From: a candidate division WOR-3 bacterium
GTDB lineage: Bacteria > Hydrothermota > Hydrothermia > B15-G9 > WFZT01
DNA length: 37,148 nucleotides
Reading direction: 5' to 3'
NCBI GenBank assembly: GCA_027053075.1
Contig: JALUEE010000070.1
Span: 1 to 37,148 of the forward strand
The notes under the pieces are model-generated. The model searched no databases and was not told the origin of the DNA. It saw only the letters and a program-made list of their open reading frames with translations. This document shows, one piece after another, positions 8,954 to 19,200 of the stretch; position 1 is the stretch's first letter, and each line of letters begins with the position of its first letter. The position numbers were made by a program, and so were the translations under genes.

Positions 8954-10975
8954 TTATGCTGGCATTGGTTCTTCTTTGACGGCCCTTCTCTTCTGGATGA
9001 AGTAAACAAGTGCCACGATGGCAAATCCCGCGATGGTCGTTTCGATTTTCGGCTGAATAATCATTAAACCACCAAGAAGGAGCAGGAGGCTTTCCCAGAT
9101 TTTACTGCGAGCAATAAAGTATCCCTGAAGTCCAGCGGAGAAGAGGAGCATTCCAATTGTAGCAAGAATGAATACGAGTACTCCCTCCCAGAAGGTTGTA
9201 CCTATCAGGAGTAATTCGTGATGATAGACGAATAGGAACGGCAGGACCGCCGTTCGTATGTCGAATCCAAACCCTCGAACACCTGTTTTTATGGGGTCCG
9301 ATTTTGCGATTGCGGCAGCTGCATAGGCGGCAAGTCCCACAGGTGGGGTATCGTCCGCGATGATTCCAAAGAAGAAAACAAAGAGATGAGCAGCAATTGC
9401 AGGAATTGAAGGATCAAGGGCTGTGATTGCAGGTGCTGTAAGAGCTGCAAGAACGATATAGGTCGCTGTTGTGGGAAGTCCCATCCCAAGAATGATGGAT
9501 GCGATCATAGTGAGAATCAGAGTAAAGAAGAGATGTCCACCTGAAATAGCGAGAATAATGTCCGTCATCCTGAGGCCGAGACCTGTGAGGGTGGTAACTC
9601 CGATAATAATACCAGCTGATGCACATGCAACCGCGATTCCGATCATGTTTCTTGCAGCGGCTTCAAGTCCCGCAAAGAGCTTCTTTACGTTCTCAACGAA
9701 GTCATACCAGACTCCCTGAAGGTAGGTCATGTCACCGAGTTTGCCGGCTTTGTGCTCAAAGTACACCTTAATCGGTCCCTGAATGAACATAAGAACAATG
9801 ATGAGGACGATGGACCAGAATGCCGATGTGATTGGGGTTAGCCTCATTATCACAAGGGCGTAAATTAGTACAAACACCGGGATCAGGAAATGAATTCCAC
9901 TCCAGAATGTGGGCCAGAATTTGGGAACTTCTGATTCATCGAGCCCCTTAATGCCAAGCTTCAAGGCCTCGAGATGCACGATGTAGAAGAGGGCGATGTA
10001 GCTGATGATCGCGGGGATAAAAGCAGCTTTAACAACGTGAAAGTAAGAGATACCCAGGAATTCAGCCATAATGAATGCTGCAGCTCCCATTACAGGTGGC
10101 ATGAGCTGACCATTGGTGGATGTGGCGACCTCGACCGCTCCCGCTGTCTCTGGCTCAAATCCTACCTTTTTCATGAGAGGAATCGTGAATGTACCTGTTG
10201 TTACCACGTTAGCAATTGAACTACCGGAGACCATTCCCATGAGAGCACTTGAGACCACAGCTGCCTTTGCTGGACCACCACGATACTTTCCAAGAAGCGC
10301 AAACGCAAGCTTAATGAAGTATTCACCAGCACCGGCTTTATCGAGTAATGAGCCAAAGAGCACAAACAGGAAGACGAAGGTAGCGGACACTCCAACCGGT
10401 ATTCCAAGAATACCCTGCATGGTCATGTACTGATGGTTGATTATCCTCTTTATGCTGTATCCCTTATGAGCGAGAATTCCCGGCATGTATGGGCCAAAGT
10501 AGGCGTACAGTAGAAACGTTATTGCAATAATAGGAAGGGCGGGCCCAATGGACCTCCTTGTGGCCTCGAGCACGAGAAGTATAAAAAGGCCTCCCATTAT
10601 GAGGTCCATCGTGTTGGGTGCCCCCACCCTGTAGGTTAGCTGATTGTAAAACAGGATGTGATAGAATGCTGTAAAAGCTGCAATCAACCCAAGAAGAAGG
10701 TCATACCAGGGAATTCTATCCCGTGGTGACCTTTTACCAAAAGGGTAGACGATAAAGGCGAGGAACAGTGCAAAGGTCAAGTGAACCGACCTTTGCTTCA
10801 TGGCCGTTAAAAGGCCGGCTCCACCAGTGTATAGGTGGAATAAGGACATAGAAACGGCAACAATAAAGATTAGATAGCGTCCCCACCCCCGCGGTTGACG
10901 TGGGCCTAAGTCTGCCTCTCTCGCCAACTGCTCAGCATCCACTGTCTTTTTTCTAAACCTGTCAAGAAGCCCCAT
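8954..10975 (-). CDS. TRAP transporter fused DctQM (4TM/12TM) permease, TAXI type
   Basis: Polytopic; GGPAKAAVVSS, SGSSIANVVTTGTFTIPLMK, GQLMPPVMGAAAF, LGMGLPTTA and DTPPVGLAAY motifs. Confidence 0.93.
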   Translation of the reverse strand: MGLLDRFRKKTVDAEQLAREADLGPRQPRGWGRYLIFIVAVSMSLFHLYTGGAGLLTAMKQRSVHLTFALFLAFIVYPFGKRSPRDRIPWYDLLLGLIAAFTAFYHILFYNQLTYRVGAPNTMDLIMGGLFILLVLEATRRSIGPALPIIAITFLLYAYFGPYMPGILAHKGYSIKRIINHQYMTMQGILGIPVGVSATFVFLFVLFGSLLDKAGAGEYFIKLAFALLGKYRGGPAKAAVVSSALMGMVSGSSIANVVTTGTFTIPLMKKVGFEPETAGAVEVATSTNGQLMPPVMGAAAFIMAEFLGISYFHVVKAAFIPAIISYIALFYIVHLEALKLGIKGLDESEVPKFWPTFWSGIHFLIPVFVLIYALVIMRLTPITSAFWSIVLIIVLMFIQGPIKVYFEHKAGKLGDMTYLQGVWYDFVENVKKLFAGLEAAARNMIGIAVACASAGIIIGVTTLTGLGLRMTDIILAISGGHLFFTLILTMIASIILGMGLPTTATYIVLAALTAPAITALDPSIPAIAAHLFVFFFGIIADDTPPVGLAAYAAAAIAKSDPIKTGVRGFGFDIRTAVLPFLFVYHHELLLIGTTFWEGVLVFILATIGMLLFSAGLQGYFIARSKIWESLLLLLGGLMIIQPKIETTIAGFAIVALVYFIQKRRAVKEEPMPA

Positions 10976-11233
10976 AGGTTGGTACCTCCCTTGTAAAAAT
11001 TTGCCTTATATTAAAGGAAACTATGCGGGAATTTCCAGCACTGTGACCCGGGGTTGAAATATTAATTTGCAAAATAATTATCAGGTTTGCTCATTATCGA
11101 AAAGTTACGGTTTTTCACGTGGAATAAGATGTGCAAGCAAAATAAAGTGGCCCTGAAAATTCCTGCCAGATTTTTTCTGGTTTATCCATATAATCTGAAG
11201 AATGGGGAGCAATTATGTCTACTGGACTACACT

Positions 11234-11337
11234 GAGCTTGTTCGAAAATGTAGCCCTTCCCCCACGCACGTTGTACGTGGGGGGAGAAGGAATTCTTTTT
11301 AAAATTCCAAATAAATTGAAATTTTTCGAACATGCTT
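11234..11337. mobile_element. MITE-like element, copy 1 (terminal inverted repeats with central GC hairpin)
   Basis: Left end GAGCTTGTTCGAAAAT, right end ATTTTTCGAACATGCTT; internal CCCCCACGCAC-GTT-GTACGTGGGGG; homologous to 36943-37055. Confidence 0.7.
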
Positions 11338-11382
11338 GGCTACAATTGAAAGGCGTTTGCTAATCCACCATCGAGTCGCCTC

Positions 11383-12405
11383 TCATTCTCCCCAGATCTT
11401 TGCGGTTTTTTTGTGAATCGGAGGTAAGGACGAGCCCTCTGGTGGCAGGGATGAGGCCTCAGGCTTGTCAGTTAGAGCAATTACCGTAGCAAGGGTATAG
11501 TTAAATGTATCGTAGATTTCACCAGTTATAAGGATTTCCTCCTTCAGAAGCTTCTCAATAGGGGCATCATCAAACCTGTCCATAAACTCGATAGTCGTCA
11601 AAAATTCCATCCTTCTAAAGCTCGGGAACAGTGTAGCTTTGCGAGCCTTCAAATTTCCATAAATCTCTGAAGCAAACTCACGTATTCGCTCGTTACGAGC
11701 TTTTTCGACCACATATTTTGCAACTGACTCAATGTCCTTCAACTCAAATTCGATCTCATTTGATGCCGCAAGGATGGTGAGAAATGCAACAATATCCTGA
11801 TTGTCAGAAGTGAGGCTATAAAACTCAGGTGAGTTAAGTTTATTGTAAATCTTCATGAATCCTTCAAACTCGAGCTCATTGCCTGTCTCTTTAAAAAGCC
11901 TGTAAACAGCCTCTGCCCGCGCAAGATCAATGGATTGATGGTTTCTCCCACGTGCTCCAATGAACGTTTTGTCAATGTCAAGGATAACAGCAGTTTTTTC
12001 GTTAATTTCAAAGCCCCTTTTCCTTAAAAAATCCGGCAACTCGCGGATAAATGACCATCTGTTTGAAAATAAAATGCCATCCTCCTCCTTGAGCTCGAAT
12101 TCATCCTCATTTTGCCTCGTAATAACGGCTACAACCTCATATTCACCAAGTTCCATCAGATTTTTTGCAAATGTTCGGTCGTTCAGCAGAGTGTCACCGA
12201 GGAAGAGCACCCGATCAAAATCACCAAGAAGATTGAGATAACACGATATAACCTGCGGATATTCCGGATCCTTTTTCCTTGGAACATGGTCTAAATTGAG
12301 TCTGTAGAGAACAACATCAATGGGGACAAGCTCTGGATTCTGTGGATTAAGTTCCCTGAAAAATACATTATCTCCGATGACATCTGACATGCTACCCTTT
12401 TTCAT
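11383..12405 (-). CDS. Hypothetical protein; probable circularly permuted HAD-superfamily phosphatase/phosphotransferase
   Basis: Overlaps the asd stop by 4 nt. Motifs occur in the order III (RKKDPEY, K44), IV (LFLGDTLLND, D71/D76), I (VILDIDKT, D143/D145), II (VIALT, T312). Confidence 0.65.
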   Translation of the reverse strand: MKKGSMSDVIGDNVFFRELNPQNPELVPIDVVLYRLNLDHVPRKKDPEYPQVISCYLNLLGDFDRVLFLGDTLLNDRTFAKNLMELGEYEVVAVITRQNEDEFELKEEDGILFSNRWSFIRELPDFLRKRGFEINEKTAVILDIDKTFIGARGRNHQSIDLARAEAVYRLFKETGNELEFEGFMKIYNKLNSPEFYSLTSDNQDIVAFLTILAASNEIEFELKDIESVAKYVVEKARNERIREFASEIYGNLKARKATLFPSFRRMEFLTTIEFMDRFDDAPIEKLLKEEILITGEIYDTFNYTLATVIALTDKPEASSLPPEGSSLPPIHKKTAKIWGE

Positions 12406-13418
12406 AGTATTCCAATTTTAAAGGCAAGCTCCGCATTGAGGATACTGCCTCCGGCTGCCCCTCTGATTGTGTTGTGAGAAACAAGCGTAAACGTAATACC
12501 CATTATATCAGCCTCTCTGACATTTCCCACCGTTACGGACATGCCACCTCCATTCATCCTTTCAAAGAAAGGCTGGGGACTAAACTGGTCTCTCCTGACC
12601 ACGATGGGGTTGGCCGGAGCTGTGGGTAAATTCATCTCCTGCGGCACTCCGCTGAAATTTTCGAAAACCTCAATTACTTCCTCAGCTGAAGCGGGTTTTG
12701 CTGTTTGAACAAATACAACCTCGGTATGGCCGTCTCGGACAGGCACCCTTGTGCATCTTACATCAATGGTGAAATCAGCTTGTTCAATTTTTCGGTCCTT
12801 AAGTCTTCCGAGAATCTTTCTGCTCTCACGTCGGACCTTTGCCTCTTCATTTTTGATGTGAGGGATGAGGTTATCAACAATTGAGAGCGAGGGGACACCC
12901 GGAAATCCGGCTCCTGAAAGTGCCTGCATAGAAACAACTATAACACTTTTTAGGCCAAAGGCATCCTGAATAGCTTTAAGAGGGATTACAAGACCGGCCG
13001 TGGTGCAGTTTGGATTAGCAACAATAAAACCCTTTGGACTAACAATTTTGAGGTGGTCTGGATTTACCTCGGGAACGATTATGGGGACATCATCATCCAT
13101 TCTGTGGGCACTGGCATTGGTGAAAACGTATTTTCCCTGACTTTTTAATAATGCCTCGTAGTCCATTGCAACATCTGCAGGTAGTGCTGAAAAAACCACC
13201 TGACTTTCCACAGGCTCGTCAATGGATTTGACCTTCATGTCTTTGACAAACTCGGGTATGGGGACTTCAAGTACCCAGTTTACAGCCTCGGAGTACGTTC
13301 TCCCTGCTGATCTGCCTGATGCAAAGAGCTCTGCAAGCTCAAAGAATGGATGCCCATCTAAGAGTGAAACGAATCTCTGCCCCACAGGGCCTGTGGCTCC
13401 GACCAATGCGACTTTCAT
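12402..13418 (-). CDS. asd: Aspartate-semialdehyde dehydrogenase (archaeal/eukaryotic-like subtype)
   Basis: VGATGPVGQRF, NPNCTT (catalytic Cys), QALSGAG, RVPVRDGH and HNTIRGAAG. Confidence 0.95.
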   Translation of the reverse strand: MKVALVGATGPVGQRFVSLLDGHPFFELAELFASGRSAGRTYSEAVNWVLEVPIPEFVKDMKVKSIDEPVESQVVFSALPADVAMDYEALLKSQGKYVFTNASAHRMDDDVPIIVPEVNPDHLKIVSPKGFIVANPNCTTAGLVIPLKAIQDAFGLKSVIVVSMQALSGAGFPGVPSLSIVDNLIPHIKNEEAKVRRESRKILGRLKDRKIEQADFTIDVRCTRVPVRDGHTEVVFVQTAKPASAEEVIEVFENFSGVPQEMNLPTAPANPIVVRRDQFSPQPFFERMNGGGMSVTVGNVREADIMGITFTLVSHNTIRGAAGGSILNAELAFKIGIL

Positions 13419-14803
13419 GCTCCCTCCACAAGGTTTTTGTGTAGAACCTTGACGGTCCTTTCCACTTCATTTCCATCAACCACAAAGGATATATTGTACT
13501 CCGATGAACCCTGGGCAATGGCGATAACATTTACCCCATTAGTACCGGTAATGGTAAAAATCTTACCTGCAATTCCCGGAGTTCCCCTCATTCCTGCTCC
13601 GACAACGGATATAATGGCTACATCATCGATTCTCTCAATGCCTTCAATGTCCCTGTGAATGATTTCCAGCTCAAATTCCGCTTTGAGTGAATCCACTAAG
13701 TTTTGTGCCTCGTCCTTTTTTACCACAAAGCAGATATTTTGCTCCGATGAGGACTGCGAGATCATCAGTATGTTGGCTCCCTTATTCCATACCGTTTTAA
13801 ACACACGGGCTGCAATGCCGGGAACACCCAACATCCCGCGTCCTGTCACGTTTAAAAGTGCGAGATTTTTGATGTATGTGATGGATTTGATTACATCCTT
13901 CTCTTCCCGGGCCTCCCTGGTGATGAGAGTACCGGGGAATGAGGGGTTAAAGGTATTCAAGATTCTTACTGGTATTCCCTTTTCCATCACCGGAAGGAGT
14001 GAGCGAGGATGCATGACCTTTGCACCGTAGTATGAGAGTTCGGCAACCTCCACGTATGAAATTCTTTGAAGTGAGCGGGCATTTTCCACAATTCTCGGGT
14101 CTGCGGACATGACACCATCAACGTCGGTCCATATCCAGACCTCCTCCGCATCGAGGAGTTTGCCCAGGAATGTGGCTGTGAGGTCGCTACCACCACGACC
14201 GAGCGTGGTGGTTATTCCATCCTTTGTTTTTCCTATAAAACCTGTGATTATGGGTGTGAATCCCTCACTCAGGGCTGGAGCGACCACGTACTCAAATTCC
14301 CTCTTTGATTCGTCATAAATTGGGGTTGCATTCCCAAAATTTTCCGTTGTAACGATAAAGGTGTCTGCATCAAAAAATTTTGCCTTCGTTCCCCTTTTGT
14401 TTAAATAGGCTGAAAAGATGCGCACGAGCATCTTTTCGCCAAAGGATGAGATGGCATCGAGGGCACGGGGAGTAACCTCTCCAAGCACCTCGATCGAATG
14501 CCAGATATTGAGAAGTGCATCGAGAAATCTCTCTATTTCTCCGGATAATTCTCTGCTCTCTCCCAAAAGAGTCCTGATTGTGTCGTGGTGTTTTCTCGCA
14601 ATGTCACGGTGACCCTTTTCGTATTCGCTTCTTTGTCCCTTTTCAGCAAATCTTGTGCCCTTTATCAGCATGTCTGTGACTCCAGACATGGCAGAGAGGA
14701 CCACAACGGGTTTCCTATTAAGATTACTTTCAACGATATCTGCCACCCTCTCCAGCATCCGGGGAGTTCCAACTGATGTTCCACCAAATTTCATGACGAT
14801 CAT
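13415..14803 (-). CDS. lysC: Aspartate kinase, monofunctional, two ACT domains
   Basis: MKFGGTSV, TTLGRGGSD, WTDVDGVMSADPR, GAKVMHP, SQSSSE and AQGSSE; no homoserine dehydrogenase domain. Confidence 0.93.
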   Translation of the reverse strand: MIVMKFGGTSVGTPRMLERVADIVESNLNRKPVVVLSAMSGVTDMLIKGTRFAEKGQRSEYEKGHRDIARKHHDTIRTLLGESRELSGEIERFLDALLNIWHSIEVLGEVTPRALDAISSFGEKMLVRIFSAYLNKRGTKAKFFDADTFIVTTENFGNATPIYDESKREFEYVVAPALSEGFTPIITGFIGKTKDGITTTLGRGGSDLTATFLGKLLDAEEVWIWTDVDGVMSADPRIVENARSLQRISYVEVAELSYYGAKVMHPRSLLPVMEKGIPVRILNTFNPSFPGTLITREAREEKDVIKSITYIKNLALLNVTGRGMLGVPGIAARVFKTVWNKGANILMISQSSSEQNICFVVKKDEAQNLVDSLKAEFELEIIHRDIEGIERIDDVAIISVVGAGMRGTPGIAGKIFTITGTNGVNVIAIAQGSSEYNISFVVDGNEVERTVKVLHKNLVEGA

Positions 14804-16044
14804 TGGATAACCTCCCTCAATCTGGATTTGATCTCATCGAGCTCTGGATTGACCTTGATAATCTGGTCCTTGAATCTCTCGAATCCCTCAATTTCATTGG
14901 AGTGAATGCGTTTGACAATGTCCGGGTCTTTTAAGAGATTCCCGGTGAGCACAAGGACAACTTTCTCGTGAGGTTTAATTATTCCTGATTGTTCAAGCTT
15001 TCTTAGACCTGCGTGGGTAGCGGCAGATGCGGGCTCAACTCCAATTCCTGCCGAGTCAAGCGAAACTTTCGCTTCAAGAATTTCCCTGTCACTCACACTT
15101 TCCACCACACCATTTGTGAAAATTATGCTGTTTTTTGCCTTTTCAAAATTAACGGGGTTACCGATTCTGATGGCAGTTGCCACTGTTTCGGCCTTCATGG
15201 GCTCAAATGATTTGAAGCCATTTTTGAAGCTTTTGTAGAACGGAGATGCTCCCTCTGCCTGAATTGTGGCAATTCTCGGCAATTTTTCGATAATTCCCGC
15301 CATCTTTAACTCTCTCAGTGCCTTCCCGAATGCGGATGTATTCCCGAGGTTGCCACCGGGGACAATGATCCAGTCAGGTGGTTCCCAGTCAAGCTGAGAT
15401 AGCATGTCAATAACAATGGTTTTTTGCCCCTCGAGCCTCACGGGATTGAGGGAATTTAAAAGGTAAATCCCCATGTCCTGTGAAATATTCACCACAATTC
15501 TCATTGCATCATCAAAATCTCCGTTGATTTCGAAGATGGTTGAACCGTAAGCGAGGGCCTGAGCCAATTTGCCTGCAGCCACTTTACCTGATGGGAGGAA
15601 TACAATGGCCTTTAATCCGGCTCTTGCCGCATAAGCGGCCATGGAAGCGGATGTATTGCCGGTAGAAGCGCATGCCACTGCCCTGAATCCAAGCTTTTTT
15701 GCAAAGGTGATGCCTGCGGTCATCCCCCTGTCCTTGAATGAGCCGGTGGGATTTTCACCCTCGTGCTTGGCAAAGAGCCCTTTTCTCACGGGGAGTGTGT
15801 AAAGGTTTGTTTTGCCCTCAGGGAATGTAACCGGATTTTCCTCGTCGAGCACCATTTCGCGGTATCTCCAGACACCGCTCTGGTCAACAGCTTTTTTGCT
15901 ACCGAGACGACTGTCCCAGACACTAACGATTTGAGGCCCGGGCAGCTCCTTTTGGGTTACCTCAAGGAGGCCACCGCAATCGCATCTGTATCTAACATCG
16001 TCAAGAGAATACTCCTTACCACATTTTATGCACTTCAACTTCAT
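14800..16044 (-). CDS. thrC: Threonine synthase (PLP fold II)
   Basis: N-terminal CxxC..CxC knuckle, KHEGENPTGSFKDRG (PLP Lys), CASTGNTSAS, VPGGNLGN, EPASAA and LTGNLLKDP. Confidence 0.92.
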   Translation of the reverse strand: MKLKCIKCGKEYSLDDVRYRCDCGGLLEVTQKELPGPQIVSVWDSRLGSKKAVDQSGVWRYREMVLDEENPVTFPEGKTNLYTLPVRKGLFAKHEGENPTGSFKDRGMTAGITFAKKLGFRAVACASTGNTSASMAAYAARAGLKAIVFLPSGKVAAGKLAQALAYGSTIFEINGDFDDAMRIVVNISQDMGIYLLNSLNPVRLEGQKTIVIDMLSQLDWEPPDWIIVPGGNLGNTSAFGKALRELKMAGIIEKLPRIATIQAEGASPFYKSFKNGFKSFEPMKAETVATAIRIGNPVNFEKAKNSIIFTNGVVESVSDREILEAKVSLDSAGIGVEPASAATHAGLRKLEQSGIIKPHEKVVLVLTGNLLKDPDIVKRIHSNEIEGFERFKDQIIKVNPELDEIKSRLREVIQ

Positions 16045-16085
16045 GGGGTTTTTCTCCTCAGGTGGGATGTGAAAAGAACGGAAAT

Positions 16086-16114
16086 ATTATAAATTTCCAG
16101 CATAAACATTGCAA
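16086..16114 (-). promoter_or_regulatory. Sigma70 promoter of the thrC operon
   Basis: Minus strand TTGCAA-17bp-TATAAT. Confidence 0.7.
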
Positions 16115-16220
16115 ACCCCGGAATTTCCCTTTAATCGAGAGGTAGATAAAGTAAACGTTGTGAAGTAAACTATTGGAACTGGTAGTAGGGGAAATAATCA
16201 TCGGAGGTATTTGGGGGAAA

Positions 16221-19200
16221 ATGAATAAGGTAAAGCAACTTACTTCTCTTACTAAGGATTTTTCACCTGAAAAGCTATTGAGCTTTTTGCGTCTTATTGC
16301 TCCAAGCTTGCGTCCTCAAGGGCTATCCCTCTCCCATTTCCTGAAGGAGGATTCGCCCTTTGACATAGCTGAACAGATTGGAGTTATTGAGCTACCCGAT
16401 ATGAAGACGGTTATCGTTGCTACCGTTCATGTGAAGGGTGAACTTACCAACCGATCAAGCAAGCGCAAGCAATACGAGCTGGCAAAACGCATACTAAAAG
16501 ATGGAAACCATAATGCGGGGATATTTGCTTTTTACGACGATAATGGAAGATTCCGACTCTCACTTGTTACGGTAACTTATCACGGGACAAAGCGACAGTT
16601 CAGCACATTCCGCCGTCATACATTCTTCGTTGACCCCGATTTGCCCAATAAAACTTTTATCCAGCAGTTCCGTAAAGCAGAGTTCTCCGGTTTTGAAGGT
16701 ATTCTGGAAACTTTCTCTCTAGAAGCGGTTTCCGACGAATTTTATCGTGAATTTGAACCAAAATTTGAGGCAATCAAAGAGAGCGTTCAGGGAACGGATG
16801 ACGATAATCTCAAGCACGATTTTGCCCTCCTCTTTGTGATTCGCACAATCTTCATAGGATTCCTCCAGAAAAGGGGTTGGATTGGCGACAATCAGAAGTT
16901 TTTGCAGGATTTCTGGAAAGAGTATCAGGGGAGAGGGTTCAAAGACAGATTTTATAAAGAGTGGCTTGACCCACTGTTTTTTGAAGCCCTAAAACTGCCG
17001 CCGGGTAGTAAAGTTTCCTACGGGCACTCTCCATTCTCTAAAGAAACGGAGGAAGCCCTTCAGATGGCGCCGTATCTCAACGGTGAACTGTTTGAGAAAA
17101 AAGGGGGCGTTGACGACCAGGCACTCTGGATTCCCGACGAAATCATCGGTGAGTTCTTAGATTTCATCTTTCAGTACAATTTTACTGTCGAGGAAAATGA
17201 GCTTTATGACGAAGAGCTGGAACTCAACCCAGAGTTTCTGGGAATCATCTTTGAGCGTCTTACCAACATGGAGCAGGGTGCGGTTTACACGCCGAGGATT
17301 GAAGTTGATTTGATGTCCCGCCTTGCACTTGTTAAATGGTTGAGTCAAACAACTGAAATTCCAATTGACAAACTTTATCAATTTTTCTTTGGAGAAAAGG
17401 AGAGCGTCGAGTTTTCATCTGATGAGATAGAAGTTTTGATTAAAAAGCTTGAATCTGTGACGGTTTGCGACCCTGCCGCAGGCTCCGGTGCCTTCCTCGT
17501 CGGGATGCTTCAGGTCATAGACAAAACTCTGGATTATCTCTATTCACATCCAAACGCACCTATATGGATAACAACCAAAATTCCCTCCCCATTCGAGCGA
17601 AAGAAATCCATTGTGGAGAGATCGCTTTATGGAGTTGAAGTAAAAAAATCTGCCGTCTGGATAAGTCAGTTACGCCTCTGGCTTTCTCTTTTCGTTGATA
17701 TTCCTGAGGAGTCAAGATATTCATATGAGCCGTTATTGCCCAGCTTGATGTTCAAAGTGCGTGCTGGCGATTCGCTTGTACAAAGAATAGGGAACAAATC
17801 TTTTCCCGTGCATGGCCATGAAGTAACCGGTTTTTCTTCGGCTATTAGAGCGAAAATTGCAGATTTAAAGAAGCTAAAACGGGCCTTCTTCAACAATCGG
17901 ATCCGTGATCCCCGAATAGTGTTTGAGGCGGAAAGGAATGTTTTTAGAGCCATCCTTAATTACGAAATTCAGGAAAAAATCAAAGAAATCCGCAGGCTTA
18001 GCAGCCCCAAAGGCGAGATGGGGGTACTTGAAGGAATCGGCCCTAAGAAACCTGTTCAGGAAGAACTTTTGAAAGCAAATATCGAGCAGTTGAGAGCCGA
18101 AATCGCAGAACTTCAGGATATGAAACGCCGGCTTTCCGATAAACCGATCTTTCTCTGGAGCATTCAGTTCGCCGAAGTATTCTTTGAACGTGGTGGTTTT
18201 GACATAGTTATCGGCAATCCACCCTATGTACGGCGACGAGATATTGTTGACCCTTCAGGTAAACATACTCCTAACCAGTATGTTGATGCGCTTATGGAGA
18301 TGCTTTTACTCGATTTTCCTGATTATTTTGCAAAGTCGAAGGCTGATAGGAATAGGTTTAAAAAAGGACGCAAGATTAGCAAAGATTCAGACCTTTACAC
18401 CTACTTTTACATCAGGTCTCTAAGATTGCTCAACGAAAAAGGGGTCCATGTTTTTATATGCTCCAACGCGTGGCTGGATGTAGGGTATGGAACATGGCTT
18501 CAGGAATTCTTTCTGAGAAAAGCCCCACTTTACATGGTAATCGACAACCATGCCCGCCGTTCCTTTGTCCGTGCAGACATCAATACAATCATCACTGTGG
18601 CAAGCTCTCCGCTCAAAAGAGTTAGAGTTCCCAGAAACCACATTGTCCGATTTGTGGCTTTCAAAAAGCCCTTTGAGGAAGCGGTTTCCGCAGAAAATTT
18701 TATTGCAATTGAAAATGCCACTAAGACCATAAAGACGGACACTTACCGTGTGTTTCCCCTCACAGTGGGCGAACTCCTCAAAGAAGGTTCTGAAGCAATG
18801 GAGGGAAAGGGTAGTTTGGTAGGTGAAGGGATCTATGTTGGCAACAAATGGGGCGGCAAATACCTGCGCGCACCGGACATTTTCTTTACCATTCTGGAGA
18901 AGGGAAAAGGCAAACTGGTGCGATTAGGTGAGGTCGCGGAGGTGCGCCGTGGATTTACTACTGGCGCCAACGACTTTTTCTACTTAGAACCTTTAGGCCC
19001 TGGCTCCCGTCCCGGGCTGGTGCGTGTCCGTAATGGCGCTGGTTGGGAAGGAGAGATTGAAGGAGAGTTTCTGAAGCCGGTTATCAAAAGCCCACGCGAG
19101 GTGAAAACTATTGTTATCAAGCCGGAGGATTTGCGTTACCGCATTTTCATGTGCCACAAGAGCAAGGAGGAATTGAAGGGGACTAAAGCGCTGGAGTATA

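Noticed and set aside
16045..16085. Attenuator, T-box or riboswitch for the thr operon
   Set aside because: The leader between the predicted -10 and the ATG is only about 40 nt, with no leader peptide or structure.
11030..16102. Shared 11-mer AATTTCCAGCA upstream of the TRAP operon (11030-11040) and thrC (16092-16102)
   Set aside because: Non-palindromic, only two instances, at different positions relative to the genes; cannot be separated from chance.
16149..16170. AAGTAAAC direct repeat at the left edge of the defence island as an att site or operator
   Set aside because: Short, AT-rich, no counterpart at the right edge and no integrase.
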